Source: an uncultured Gemmatimonadota bacterium
GTDB lineage: Bacteria; JAAXHH01
Reading direction: 5' to 3'
NCBI GenBank assembly: GCA_951812955.1
Contig: OX638340.1
Coordinates: 576,001 to 640,000 of the forward strand
Length of the DNA: 64,000 nucleotides
Shown: one piece after another, positions 47,214 to 56,687 of the stretch
Numbering within the stretch: the first letter of the stretch is position 1
Layout: each line of letters opens with the position of its first letter
The notes under the pieces: generated by a model
Told to the model about the DNA's origin: nothing
Database searches by the model: none
The model's input: only the letters and a program-made list of their open reading frames with translations
Program-made: the position numbers and the translations under genes

Positions 47214-48584
47214 TTATCTTCCCGCCTTGTCCCTGGCCAACGAAAGATCCCGGATCGTGGTCTCGAAAAGCGTATCCAGCGAGGACCTGACCGCGTCGAT
47301 CCTGAGACGCCGTATCAGGTCCGCCGCAAACCCGTAGGTGAGTAGACTGCATGCGCTGTCGTGTGACAGACCGCGGGTTCGCAGGTAGAAAATCTGGTCT
47401 TCGTCGAGCTGGCCCACGGTGGCGCCATGGGTGCATTTCACCTGGTCCGCGTAGATTTCGAGCTGCGGCTTGGTGTGTATCATCGCATCGGGCGACAGCA
47501 TCAGATTCTTGTTCAGTTGCTTGGCATCCGTTTCCTGGGCGTCCTGGTGGACGAACACTTTGCCGTTGAATACTCCGCGCGACCGGCCTTCAAGGATGCC
47601 CTTGTAAACCTCGTAGCTATCGCAGTTGGGTACGGCATGATCAATCGCGGTGTGATTGTCCACATGCTGATTTCCCGTAACCAGGAACAGTCCGTTCATG
47701 CGAACCACCGCGTGCTCGCCGTCAAGTCGGGCATTGGTGTCGTTGCGGGTCAACGCGCCGCCCATGCACATGTTGAAGGTTGAGATCCGGCCGTTCCCTT
47801 CCAGGTGCAGTTGTGTGGTGGAAAGGTGCGCGGCTCCGGCGCCTTCCCGGTTGATCCGGTAGTGATCCACGTTGCCGTCCCGGCCCACGGCGATCTCAGT
47901 CACCGCGTTGGTCAGGTAAGCCTGTTCGGTGAGCCCGGTATAGCTTTCGACCACTTTGAGGCTCGCGCCGTCGCCCGCCGCGATGAGCGTACGCGGCTGC
48001 GTGGCCAATGGCGTATCATGACCGGCGGTGACGTAGTGGACGTGCACGGGCGTTTCAAGGTGCCCGCCACGGGGTACATAAACGAACAGCCCATTCTCGA
48101 AGAGTGCCGAGTTCAAGGCCGTCAGGCCGGTTCGTTCAAACTCGGCATATCGTGCAAGGTGAGGACGAACCAACTCCGGGTGTTCGACCAGCGCTTCGGC
48201 AAGGGTGCTCACCACGGCGCCACCGGGCAGGCCGTCTACACGCGACAACGCGGGCGAGAACACACCGTTCACAAAAACCAGCCGGTGCCAGTCGTCCTGA
48301 CCGAATTCGTAAGGCGCAAGCGCGGCCTCATCGAGTCGAGCTTCTACCGGCCCTGCGTGATAGGATGTTTCCGCGATGCCTCGAAGATCGGTGTATACCC
48401 AGTCTTCCCTGAGCGGGAAGGCAATCTCACGTGCGACCGGCATCCCCAGTTCCCTGAAGTGCGCCATGGCATCCGAGCGAAGCCGGTGCAGCCACAACGG
48501 CGCGTCCTGGGACAGGACACGGTCGAAAGCATCATAGAACGTGGTGTAACGAGCCGTCTCTGCCTGTTTTATTGCTTCTGTCAT
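47214..48584 (-). CDS. sufD: Fe-S cluster assembly protein SufD
   Basis: Beta-helix SufB/D family, C-terminal 'QLDEDQIFYLRTRGLS'. Start 'MTEAIKQ' chosen because it lies after the sufC stop. Confidence 0.8.
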   Translation of the reverse strand: MTEAIKQAETARYTTFYDAFDRVLSQDAPLWLHRLRSDAMAHFRELGMPVAREIAFPLREDWVYTDLRGIAETSYHAGPVEARLDEAALAPYEFGQDDWHRLVFVNGVFSPALSRVDGLPGGAVVSTLAEALVEHPELVRPHLARYAEFERTGLTALNSALFENGLFVYVPRGGHLETPVHVHYVTAGHDTPLATQPRTLIAAGDGASLKVVESYTGLTEQAYLTNAVTEIAVGRDGNVDHYRINREGAGAAHLSTTQLHLEGNGRISTFNMCMGGALTRNDTNARLDGEHAVVRMNGLFLVTGNQHVDNHTAIDHAVPNCDSYEVYKGILEGRSRGVFNGKVFVHQDAQETDAKQLNKNLMLSPDAMIHTKPQLEIYADQVKCTHGATVGQLDEDQIFYLRTRGLSHDSACSLLTYGFAADLIRRLRIDAVRSSLDTLFETTIRDLSLARDKAGR

Positions 48585-48612
48585 TTCGTGTTCCCGTTCT
48601 CCCTGTGATCGC

Positions 48613-49377
48613 TTAACCGGCTGCTTCCACTTCCTCCCGAATCCACTCGTAACCTCGTTCTTCCAGCTGGAGAGCGAGGTCTTTTTCACCAGACTTGACG
48701 ATCCGGCCCTCGTACATGACGTGCACGTAGTCCGGCACCACGTAATCCAGCAGTCGCTGGTAGTGGGTGATGACGATCATCGCATTGTCGGCTGATCGCT
48801 GCTGGTTGATCCCGCGCGCCACGATCCGCATGGCATCGATGTCCAGGCCGGAATCGGTCTCGTCCAGTATGGACAGAGTCGGCTCGAGCACGGCCATGTG
48901 GAAGATCTCGTTGCGTTTCTTCTCGCCGCCGGAGAAGTCCTCGTTCACCGGCCGCCTCGCCAGATCGGGGTCCATGTCGACCTGCTTCATCTTTTCGTTC
49001 ATCAACCGGCGGAACGCACCAGCGCTCATCTCCGACTCGCCCCGGTACTTCAGGCGCTCGTTCAGCGCGGCCCGCAGGAAGTAGGCATTGCTTACGCCGG
49101 GAATCTCGACGGGATACTGAAAGGCCAGGAACATGCCCTCGTTAGCCCGCTCCTCGGGTGTCAGCTCGAAGAGGTCCTTGCCATGGAACCGTACCGTGCC
49201 ACCGGTCTCCGCGTATTCCTCGTGGCCGGCCAGGATTTTGCCCAGGGTACTTTTGCCGGATCCGTTGGGACCCATGATCGCGTGCACCTCGCCCCGGTTG
49301 ACCGTCAGGTCGATCCCGTTTATGATGTCCAGGTCCTTGATGCCGCCGCGCAGATTTCTGATTTCCAGTAATGCCAT
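48613..49377 (-). CDS. sufC: Fe-S cluster assembly ATPase SufC
   Basis: 'LEIRNL' start, Walker A 'MGPNGSGKST', 'LSGGEKKRNEI' and 'LDETDSGLDIDA'. Confidence 0.9.
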   Translation of the reverse strand: MALLEIRNLRGGIKDLDIINGIDLTVNRGEVHAIMGPNGSGKSTLGKILAGHEEYAETGGTVRFHGKDLFELTPEERANEGMFLAFQYPVEIPGVSNAYFLRAALNERLKYRGESEMSAGAFRRLMNEKMKQVDMDPDLARRPVNEDFSGGEKKRNEIFHMAVLEPTLSILDETDSGLDIDAMRIVARGINQQRSADNAMIVITHYQRLLDYVVPDYVHVMYEGRIVKSGEKDLALQLEERGYEWIREEVEAAG

Positions 49378-49434
49378 GTTACGTTCCGTCTCCCGTTAAT
49401 GTATTGAACAGATTCCCGACTGCCGTCCGCTCCG

Positions 49435-50868
49435 TTAGCCTACGCTGCCTTCCAAGCTGATCCCCAGCAGCTTCTTCGCCTCCACGGCGAATTCCATGGG
49501 CAGTTCCTGAAACACTTCCTTGCAGAACCCGTTGATAATCATGGAAATGGCGTCTTCCGTGGATATGCCCCGGGTCTTGCAGTAGAATAACTGGTCTTCG
49601 CTGATCCGCGCCGTAGACGCTTCGTGTTCCACGCTCGCGGTGTTATTGCCCACGTCGATATAGGGGAAGGTGTGGGCACCGCAGCGGTCGCCGATGAGCA
49701 TCGAATCGCACTGGGTATAGTTCTTGGCTCCATCGGCCTTCTTCAGTACCTGGATCCGGCCCCGGTATACGTTCTGGCCGTTTCCGGCGGATATCCCTTT
49801 CGATACCACCGTGCTGCGCGTGTCCTTTCCCACGTGGATCATCTTGGTTCCCGTATCGGCCACCTGCTTGTTGCGGGTCAGCGCCACGGAATAGAACTCG
49901 CCGATCGAATGGTCGCCCTGCAGGATCACGCTGGGGTACTTCCAGGTGATGGCGGACCCCGTTTCCACCTGCGTCCAGGAGATCTTGGCGTTGTCCCCCT
50001 TGCAGATTCCGCGCTTGGTCACGAAGTTGTATACGCCGCCCTTTCCCTCTTCATTGCCGGGATACCAGTTCTGCACCGTGGAGTACTTGATCTGGGCGTC
50101 CTTCAGCGCAACCAGTTCCACGACGGCCGCGTGCAGTTGATTCTCGTCGCGCATCGGCGCGGTACAACCCTCGAGGTAGCTGACGTAGGAGCCCTCGTCG
50201 GCAATGATCAGCGTACGCTCGAATTGTCCCGTTCCGGCCGTGTTGATCCGGAAATAGGTGGACAGTTCCATGGGACACCGTACGCCGGGAGGGATGTAGC
50301 AGAAGGAACCGTCGCTGAAGACGGCCGAGTTCAGCGATGCAAAGTAGTTGTCCCTGTAGGGCACCACGGTACCCAGGTACTTCTCCACCAGGTCGGGATG
50401 TTCCTGCGCCGCTTCCGAGAAGGAACAGAAGATGATGCCCAGTTCTGCCAGCTTGTCCTTGAAGGTCGTGTGGACCGACACGCTGTCGAAAACCGCGTCC
50501 ACGGCCACGCCCGCTAGCATCTTCTGTTCCTCCAGCGGTATACCGAGCTTGTTGTAGGTTTCCAGCAGCTCGGGATCCACCTCGTCAAGGCTGTTGAATT
50601 CCGGCGTGTTCTTCGGCGCGGCGTAATAGACGATGTTCTGGTAATCGACCGGCGGATAGGCCATGTACTGCCAGTTGGGCTCCTTCATCTTGAGCCAGTG
50701 GCGATACGCCTTCAGACGCCATTCCAGCAGGAACCCGGGCTCATTCTTCTTTGCGGATATGAACCGGACTATATCCTCGTTGAGTCCCGGCGGCGCCGTT
50801 TCCATCTCGATATCGGTAACCCAGCCTTCTTTGTATTCCTGTTGGGCCAGGGTCTCAATGGCTTCCAT
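49435..50868 (-). CDS. sufB: Fe-S cluster assembly scaffold SufB
   Basis: 477 aa with '[21 protein letters not shown]' and '...[26 protein letters not shown]'. AAGGAG RBS. Confidence 0.9.
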   Translation of the reverse strand: MEAIETLAQQEYKEGWVTDIEMETAPPGLNEDIVRFISAKKNEPGFLLEWRLKAYRHWLKMKEPNWQYMAYPPVDYQNIVYYAAPKNTPEFNSLDEVDPELLETYNKLGIPLEEQKMLAGVAVDAVFDSVSVHTTFKDKLAELGIIFCSFSEAAQEHPDLVEKYLGTVVPYRDNYFASLNSAVFSDGSFCYIPPGVRCPMELSTYFRINTAGTGQFERTLIIADEGSYVSYLEGCTAPMRDENQLHAAVVELVALKDAQIKYSTVQNWYPGNEEGKGGVYNFVTKRGICKGDNAKISWTQVETGSAITWKYPSVILQGDHSIGEFYSVALTRNKQVADTGTKMIHVGKDTRSTVVSKGISAGNGQNVYRGRIQVLKKADGAKNYTQCDSMLIGDRCGAHTFPYIDVGNNTASVEHEASTARISEDQLFYCKTRGISTEDAISMIINGFCKEVFQELPMEFAVEAKKLLGISLEGSVG

Positions 50869-50901
50869 TTTCTCTCCTTGAAACGAATGTAACCCGCCGC
50901 G

Positions 50902-51420
50902 CTAGCGGCCTATCTTGATCGTACTGCCCATCGCCTGGTCCCGCGAGGTATCCTGGGAGACCTGCTCCACCACCTCGAGTACCTGGAATTCCGTCTGCAG
51001 CAGGTCCGACAGGGATATGTGATCGAGCACACCGGACAGGTACCGGGCCAGCACCGTCCAGACGGGACGGATGGCGCATGCGTTCAGGTGCGTGCACGCT
51101 TCCAGGTGACCGGAGAAATGTTCGCACATGTGGCTGTCCGGGCTGGTGAGCACAACCCCGTCTTCCGAACTCAGGGCGCGCATGACTTCGCCCAGCGAAA
51201 TGGTGTGCGGTTCCTTCTCCAGTGCGTAGCCACCCCTGATACCCCTTACGCTTCGTACAAGACCTGACCGCCTGAGGATCATCAGCAGTTTCGAGACGTA
51301 GTCCAGGGAAATGCCTTCCGATTCTGCGATTTGACGGCCCGTGACCGGGTCACGGGAATGGTGCCGTGCCAGCTGCAGAATGCAACGAAGGCCATATTCT
51401 TCCTGGGCGGTCACTTTCAT
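50902..51420 (-). CDS. Rrf2-family transcriptional regulator (IscR/SufR-like, Cys-containing)
   Basis: wHTH 'YGLRCILQLARH...GRQIAESEGISLDYVSKLLMILRRSGLV'. Three Cys ('CEHFSGHLEACTHLNAC') could ligate a cluster. GAGGAG RBS. First gene of the suf operon. Confidence 0.8.
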   Translation of the reverse strand: MKVTAQEEYGLRCILQLARHHSRDPVTGRQIAESEGISLDYVSKLLMILRRSGLVRSVRGIRGGYALEKEPHTISLGEVMRALSSEDGVVLTSPDSHMCEHFSGHLEACTHLNACAIRPVWTVLARYLSGVLDHISLSDLLQTEFQVLEVVEQVSQDTSRDQAMGSTIKIGR

Positions 51421-51675
51421 GCCTTTGTCTCCTCTTTCCGTTCAATTTGCCTAACTGAATATAGCAAACCGGACTTTTATGTCAAGTATTAAATCCGCAG
51501 CAGTCGGCTGGGTATCCCGTGCGTGATTTGCCTGTAACGTGTGACGACGAAGCCGGATCTGCAACGGCATGCGGAATGACCTGTTCTATCTCCTTGACAT
51601 GGGGGACATCAGAAGTTACCGTCGATCCCAATCCACTTTAATCCCACTAAGCTACTAAAAGGACATTCTCATCAA

Positions 51676-52758
51676 ATGCCCAAGAAACTGGATGTACGCA
51701 TGATACCCGGCACCCGTTCCGTCGACGCGCTGACTGGCGAAGGCTATTTCCCTGTCATCACCTGTCTGGGTGGCAATGAACTGCTCCTGGCCTACCGGGC
51801 CGGCGCAGCGCACATGGGCCTGGGCGGCCGGCTGGACGTGAGACGGTCGGTCGACGGGGGCCTTAACTGGACTGCGCCTGTGACCGTGGCCGACAGCGAA
51901 AGGGACGACCGTAACCCCGCGCTGGGTCTGGCGCCGGACGGTACGCTTGTACTGGCCTATCACTGGCAGGGGTCCTACGATGACGAAGGCGCATGGAAAC
52001 TGGAATTGGGCAGGGCCGATACTCGGGTCGTATTCTCCGAGGATGGCGGCCATACCTGGACCGGTGACGAGCTCATCGATTTCACTCCGATCAACGGCGC
52101 CTCGCCCTTCGGCAAGATCTTCACGGTAGACGGCGTCATGCACATGCTGATCTATGGCGGTTCGCCCTGCTGCGAGGCCGGATCTGGAACGGTCAGGGTC
52201 GGGCCGGCTTCGACGCCGACGTACATCCTCAGATCCAGGGACAACGGGCGATCCTGGGGGGATCCCACGCTGGTCGCACTGGGACTCAACGAATCGGACG
52301 CAGCCATCCTACCCGACGGCCGCTGGCTCTTCGTCGCCCGTTCCGAGGACCGCGCCGAACAGGCGCTTTATGCCTGCGTTTCTGAGGACGGCGGGTACAC
52401 ATGGCGCAACGTGGGACGGGTCACGGACGCAAAGGAACATCCGCCGGACATCACCCTGATGTCCAACGGATGGCTGCTGCTGCTCTTCGGGCGACGGCAT
52501 CCTCCCTTCGGCGTGGAGGGCCTGATCAGCCGGGACGGCGGGATGACCTGGGATGATCGAAGACTGGTTCTGGACGACTCCCTGCCCGGCGGCGACATCG
52601 GTTATCCCTCCACTGCCCGCCTCGAAGACGGTCGTCTGGTTACCGCCTATTACACCGCGGGAACAGCGGAGAGAAAGTGGGAGATGTTCCGTGCCGCAGA
52701 CGTAGCATGCAAGGTCGTGTCTTACGACGAGTCCAGCCTTATTGATCACTGGAGCTAA
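51676..52758 (+). CDS. BNR-repeat (sialidase-like beta-propeller) protein, no signal peptide
   Basis: Five Asp-box motifs: 'SVDGGLNWT', 'SEDGGHTWT', 'SRDNGRSWG', 'SEDGGYTWR' and 'SRDGGMTWD'. Confidence 0.7.
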   Translation: MPKKLDVRMIPGTRSVDALTGEGYFPVITCLGGNELLLAYRAGAAHMGLGGRLDVRRSVDGGLNWTAPVTVADSERDDRNPALGLAPDGTLVLAYHWQGSYDDEGAWKLELGRADTRVVFSEDGGHTWTGDELIDFTPINGASPFGKIFTVDGVMHMLIYGGSPCCEAGSGTVRVGPASTPTYILRSRDNGRSWGDPTLVALGLNESDAAILPDGRWLFVARSEDRAEQALYACVSEDGGYTWRNVGRVTDAKEHPPDITLMSNGWLLLLFGRRHPPFGVEGLISRDGGMTWDDRRLVLDDSLPGGDIGYPSTARLEDGRLVTAYYTAGTAERKWEMFRAADVACKVVSYDESSLIDHWS

Positions 52759-52806
52759 ATATCGTAATGCGCTGTCCAAGAGCAGGTTACGTATCAGGAA
52801 CCTTGT

Positions 52807-53937
52807 GTGAGACTCGTTGATTCCGGTGAAATCCGCGACGGCCGTGCCATCCCGGATCACCGCAGGAACTGCGCCTTCACCACCATCAACAGGCTGAACG
52901 ACGGCACGATCCTCGTTTCAGGCCGGTGGGGAACGGCGCGGGATTCGGTGGACGGGCACGCCTGCATCTGGGCCACGTCGGACACCGGCCGTACCTGGCG
53001 CCTTCGATATGACGGAAACGGGAAGGGGACTTGGGACGGAACAGCGGGTGAAGTCAAGGGACTGACGAGTACGGAGCTGTCCCCAGGCACGCTCACGGCG
53101 ACGGCCCTGTGGGTCGACCGTTCCAATCCGGATCTTCCTTTCATCCATCCGGAAACGCAGGGCCTGCTGCCCATGCGCATCATGCACGTCGACTCGGGGG
53201 ACGGTGGCCGCACATGGGGTCCGCCGCGCCGAATGGACACAACGCCCCACCTCGCCGCTTCCCCCTGTTCACACCATATCATCCGGTTGTCCGGCGGTAC
53301 CCTTGTCCAGCCCTACGAACAGTGGAAGGAATACGGGGACACGTCGCCGGGCCGGCCCGCCGCGAGGCTGCGGTTATCACGGGACGGTGGGCGTAGCTGG
53401 CCGGATTTCGTCACCGTGGCCCGGCATCCGGACAACAAGCTCGCCTACTGGGACCAGCGGCTGGCTGTCCATCCCGTTGACGGCCGCCTGGCCGCCACCT
53501 TCTGGACCCACGATTTCGATGCGGGCGTCGACATCGACATCCATATCGCCTACGGGTCGCCGGACGGCCGTGCGTGGACGATCCCCCGCGGCACCGGACT
53601 TCCCGGCCAGCACTGCCAGCCCCTCGCCCTTGGTGGGGATCGCCTGCTGGCCGCTTATCCGCGACGCGGGGATCCTCCCGGCATCGTGCTTTCCATCAGC
53701 GAGGATTTCGGCGAAAGCTGGGACCGGAGCCGGGATCTCCTAGTCTACGACAGCATCGCCGGCAATGAGTCCGGATCCCGCGGCAGCCGTACGCAGTCCG
53801 AATTGTGGGGTGACATGGAGCGCTGGCGCTTCGGACATCCCCGGATGGTGCGATTGCCGGACGACGAGGTGTTCGTCGTCTACTACGCGGGAGATGATGC
53901 CGTCAAGACCGCGCGGTGGGCGAGGGTCCGCGTTTAG
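52807..53937 (+). CDS. BNR-repeat (sialidase-like) protein, paralog, no signal peptide
   Basis: GTG start. Asp-boxes 'SDTGRTWR', 'SGDGGRTWG', 'SRDGGRSWP', 'SPDGRAWT' and 'SEDFGESWD'. Confidence 0.7.
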   Translation: MRLVDSGEIRDGRAIPDHRRNCAFTTINRLNDGTILVSGRWGTARDSVDGHACIWATSDTGRTWRLRYDGNGKGTWDGTAGEVKGLTSTELSPGTLTATALWVDRSNPDLPFIHPETQGLLPMRIMHVDSGDGGRTWGPPRRMDTTPHLAASPCSHHIIRLSGGTLVQPYEQWKEYGDTSPGRPAARLRLSRDGGRSWPDFVTVARHPDNKLAYWDQRLAVHPVDGRLAATFWTHDFDAGVDIDIHIAYGSPDGRAWTIPRGTGLPGQHCQPLALGGDRLLAAYPRRGDPPGIVLSISEDFGESWDRSRDLLVYDSIAGNESGSRGSRTQSELWGDMERWRFGHPRMVRLPDDEVFVVYYAGDDAVKTARWARVRV

Positions 53938-54072
53938 CCCGGCTTCGACACTGTCTGCAGGGCAGTGCCGCTGAGGATACGGTCCGACGATCAGTGCAGC
54001 GCCTGGGGTGAACGACTCTGGCTCAGCCTCGCACATCCCGCCAGAGCCGCGCTTGCGGCGTTCGATCCGGGC

Positions 54073-55263
54073 TCAGCCCCTCACATCCCGCCAGGGACGA
54101 ACCATAATCCGCTCGAAACCTGCCGGATCGATGTCCACGCCGAGTCCCGGGCCCGGTGGTACCGCCACGCAGCCGTCCTCATCCAACACAAAAGGCTCGG
54201 CGAAATAACCCTTGCCGATGAACGTCCGCCCATCCTCGCGCCAGCAATTCACTTCATTGTGTTCCTGGACCAGGAAGTTCGACGCGCAGGCGTCGATCTG
54301 AATGGATGCGGCGAGGGCCAGCGGGCTTAAGGGGCAGTGCAGGGCGAGTTTCGCATAGGCGCTTTCACCCATCACCGCGATCTTGTGACACTCGGTGATG
54401 CCGCCGGCGTGGCACAGGTCCGGCTGCATCACGGACAGGGCGTTCTTGCGCAGGGCGTCGTAGAAGATCCACTTGCCCATCCAACGTTCGCCGGCTGCGA
54501 TAGGGATTTCGCTGTTGCGCGCGATGTCCGCGAGCACGTCGACCCGTTCCACGGGCATGGGTTCCTCGATGAACAGGGGCCGGTGCGGCGTCAGGGCCGA
54601 TATCATCTGTTTGGCCATCACGGGGTGTGGATTATGGATATCCACGGCCACTTCCACATCGGGCCCGGCGCCCCTGCGCACGGCGGCGAAGGCTTCGGCG
54701 ATCCGCTCCACCTCCGAGGTGGGTTCCAGTCCGGTGCCCATGCCCACGTGCAGCTTCATGCACCGGAAGCCCCACTCCTCGACAATGACCCTGGCCGCCT
54801 CCTCATGCGCCCCGGGAAAATCCACGTCCGGGTCATACGAAGGATGATAACCCGCGTCGTAGGGCTGCCCGGGTTCCACGTACCAGGGCAGTTGTCCCCC
54901 CACAGCGCGGTACATGCGTATCCGGTCGCGGCAGGCTCCGCCAAGCATGGCATGGACCGGAAGCCCTGCGGCTTTGCCGGCAAGGTCCCAGAGCGCCATG
55001 TCGATTCCGCTGATCGCGCTCATCTTCACCGGTCCGCCGACATATCCCGAACCGCCCTCGTACATGGTATGCCAGAGCGACTCGACGCGGCAGGGGTCTT
55101 TCCCGACAAGCAACGGCTCCAGGCGCCGCACCTCGGCGATGACGCTTTCCGGGTGGTTTTCCAGGTAGGGTTCGCCCCAGCCGAACAGTTCGGTGTCCGT
55201 GTGGATCTTCAGCCATACCCAACTCGGCGGAACGCGCAGGATTTCGAAGTGAGTGATTCGCAT
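54073..55263 (-). CDS. enolase-superfamily dehydratase (D-galactonate/mandelate-racemase-like, DgoD-type)
   Basis: 'MRITHFEILRVPPSWVWLKIHTDTELFGWGEP' is the typical DgoD N-terminus. 'KLHVGMG' and 'EEP' metal-ligand regions. Confidence 0.8.
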   Translation of the reverse strand: MRITHFEILRVPPSWVWLKIHTDTELFGWGEPYLENHPESVIAEVRRLEPLLVGKDPCRVESLWHTMYEGGSGYVGGPVKMSAISGIDMALWDLAGKAAGLPVHAMLGGACRDRIRMYRAVGGQLPWYVEPGQPYDAGYHPSYDPDVDFPGAHEEAARVIVEEWGFRCMKLHVGMGTGLEPTSEVERIAEAFAAVRRGAGPDVEVAVDIHNPHPVMAKQMISALTPHRPLFIEEPMPVERVDVLADIARNSEIPIAAGERWMGKWIFYDALRKNALSVMQPDLCHAGGITECHKIAVMGESAYAKLALHCPLSPLALAASIQIDACASNFLVQEHNEVNCWREDGRTFIGKGYFAEPFVLDEDGCVAVPPGPGLGVDIDPAGFERIMVRPWRDVRG

Positions 55264-55340
55264 GCTCGGCTTTGCTCCCTGTTCTTGATGGCATCATGTT
55301 CTGACGGTATCACAAATCGTGCAATGGCCAGGACGCCTAC

Positions 55341-56318
55341 CTATCGGCCATAGACCGTCTGGATCATCGCACGGATGTAGCCGTTCGCGTAGGCCTTGCC
55401 TGCCGGACCAGCCATTGATTGGGGGAAGCCCGGTGTGTGGTCCATGCCGAAGGGGCCGCTGTACCCGTTATCGCGGTAGGTTTCCATGGCCCGGCGCATA
55501 TCCACTTCGCCCTCGTCGATGAAAACCTCCGCGAACCTCGGCAGCCGGCCTCTGACGTTCCGGAAATGGACCAGGGCGATCTTTTTCCGGGAGGCCATCT
55601 CGGCGATGATATGGTAGACGTCCTGTGGACCCGCCAGTTCGGTCATGCAACCCTGGCAGAAGAGCATCCTGTGATATGCGCTGGGTACCGCGTCGAAAAT
55701 CCGGCGGAAATGCTCCACCGTGGAGCAGATCTGCGCGACGCCGCCCAGAGGCTCCGGTATGGGCGGGTCGTCCGGGTGGAGCGCCAGGTTTACCCCGGCC
55801 TTTTCGGCCGCCGGGACCGCGGCGCGCATGAAGGCGACCATGTTGTCCCACATCACCTCGGCCGAGACGGGCGGCTCGTGGGGCTGCGGGCGGCTCCGGT
55901 CGAATTCGGCATAATCGAAGGTACTGTACACCGCGCCGCCGCGGCCGATGTCGGAAATGGTGCGGAAGTTGCCCATGGGCTTGAAATTCCAGGCCAGGGT
56001 CGGTATCCCTGCCTTGCCCAGGCATTCGATAAGCCGGACGAAAGCGCCCAGTTCTTCGTCCCGTTCCGCCGTGGCCAGCGTGATCCCCTCCAGGACCGGC
56101 ATGAAGACGGTCTGCAGTTTCAGCCCATGGGACTCGGTCTTTTCCCGGGCCTGTTCGAAAAGCTCGGTACTGTCTTTGCCCGCACGAACGTGCCGTTCCG
56201 CTTCGACCTTCCCTCCGGTCCTCAGGTCCAGCTGGATCATGTCCACGCTGATCGCGCGATAGAAACTAAGGGTCTCGTCGTTGAAATCGGACCAGTTTAC
56301 GACATCATGCAGGTACAT
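55341..56318 (-). CDS. uxuA: mannonate dehydratase (UxuA family)
   Basis: 325-aa xylose-isomerase-like TIM barrel. Overall UxuA-like layout. Adjacent to the DgoD-like dehydratase and HpcH aldolase. The N-terminus is less certain. Confidence 0.65.
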   Translation of the reverse strand: MYLHDVVNWSDFNDETLSFYRAISVDMIQLDLRTGGKVEAERHVRAGKDSTELFEQAREKTESHGLKLQTVFMPVLEGITLATAERDEELGAFVRLIECLGKAGIPTLAWNFKPMGNFRTISDIGRGGAVYSTFDYAEFDRSRPQPHEPPVSAEVMWDNMVAFMRAAVPAAEKAGVNLALHPDDPPIPEPLGGVAQICSTVEHFRRIFDAVPSAYHRMLFCQGCMTELAGPQDVYHIIAEMASRKKIALVHFRNVRGRLPRFAEVFIDEGEVDMRRAMETYRDNGYSGPFGMDHTPGFPQSMAGPAGKAYANGYIRAMIQTVYGR

Positions 56319-56381
56319 CGATCGCCTCCAATGCTGGCGCTACGGGTTGGACGACTTCCGCTTCGACCTGACCTACGGGAT

Positions 56382-56427
56382 GGTGATCTGGTGATCTGGT
56401 GATCTGGTGATCTGGTGATCTGGTGAT
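56382..56427. repeat. perfect 8-bp tandem repeat (GGTGATCT) x about 5.7
   Basis: Read directly: 'ggtgatctggtgatctggtgatctggtgatctggtgatctggtgata'. Starts 64 bp upstream of the uxuA start codon, in the uxuA/HpcH divergent intergenic region. Confidence 0.95.
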
Positions 56428-56531
56428 AAGATAACCCCCCGGGCCAGTGCAGCAATTCGAAAATCGATCAGACACCACGTATATCCATATTGGGCTAACG
56501 CAAAGCGGAATCATGTATTATAATCGGTAGT

Positions 56532-56615
56532 CCGGCGCACCCGTAGGCATAGCGCATCCATAGGCTAAGCGCATCCGTAGACTGAGCGCATCCGTAAGCC
56601 GGCGCATCCGAATAT
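56532..56615. promoter_or_regulatory. about five imperfect tandem copies of a 17-bp unit (consensus AGCGCATCCGTAGRCTR)
   Basis: 'ccggcgcacccgtaggcat agcgcatccataggcta agcgcatccgtagactg agcgcatccgtaagccg gcgcatccgaatatcg'. Lies between uxuA (minus) and the HpcH aldolase (plus). Candidate iterated regulator binding sites. Confidence 0.6.
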
Positions 56616-56687
56616 CGCGTACGGAAACACGGAGTCAATCCCATCCCATTTCAATCTCGGCAGGCAAACGACACAGGAGCCCTTCCA

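Noticed and set aside
52759-52806. Possibility that the two BNR ORFs are one gene split by a frameshift
   Set aside because: Each ORF has about five Asp-boxes, a complete propeller's worth. The 48-nt gap contains an in-frame stop and a plausible GTG start for the second gene. Treated as tandem paralogs, but not excluded without reads.
54337-56402. Two plus-strand ORFs (338 and 327 aa) opposite the DgoD-like and UxuA genes
   Set aside because: Shadow ORFs opposite genes with clear family signatures. Products are Arg/His/Gly-rich and featureless.
56382-56615. Possibility that the repeat-containing region is a CRISPR array
   Set aside because: Units are 8 bp and 17 bp, head-to-tail with no unique spacers, and there are no cas genes. 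These are microsatellite or operator-type repeats, not CRISPR.
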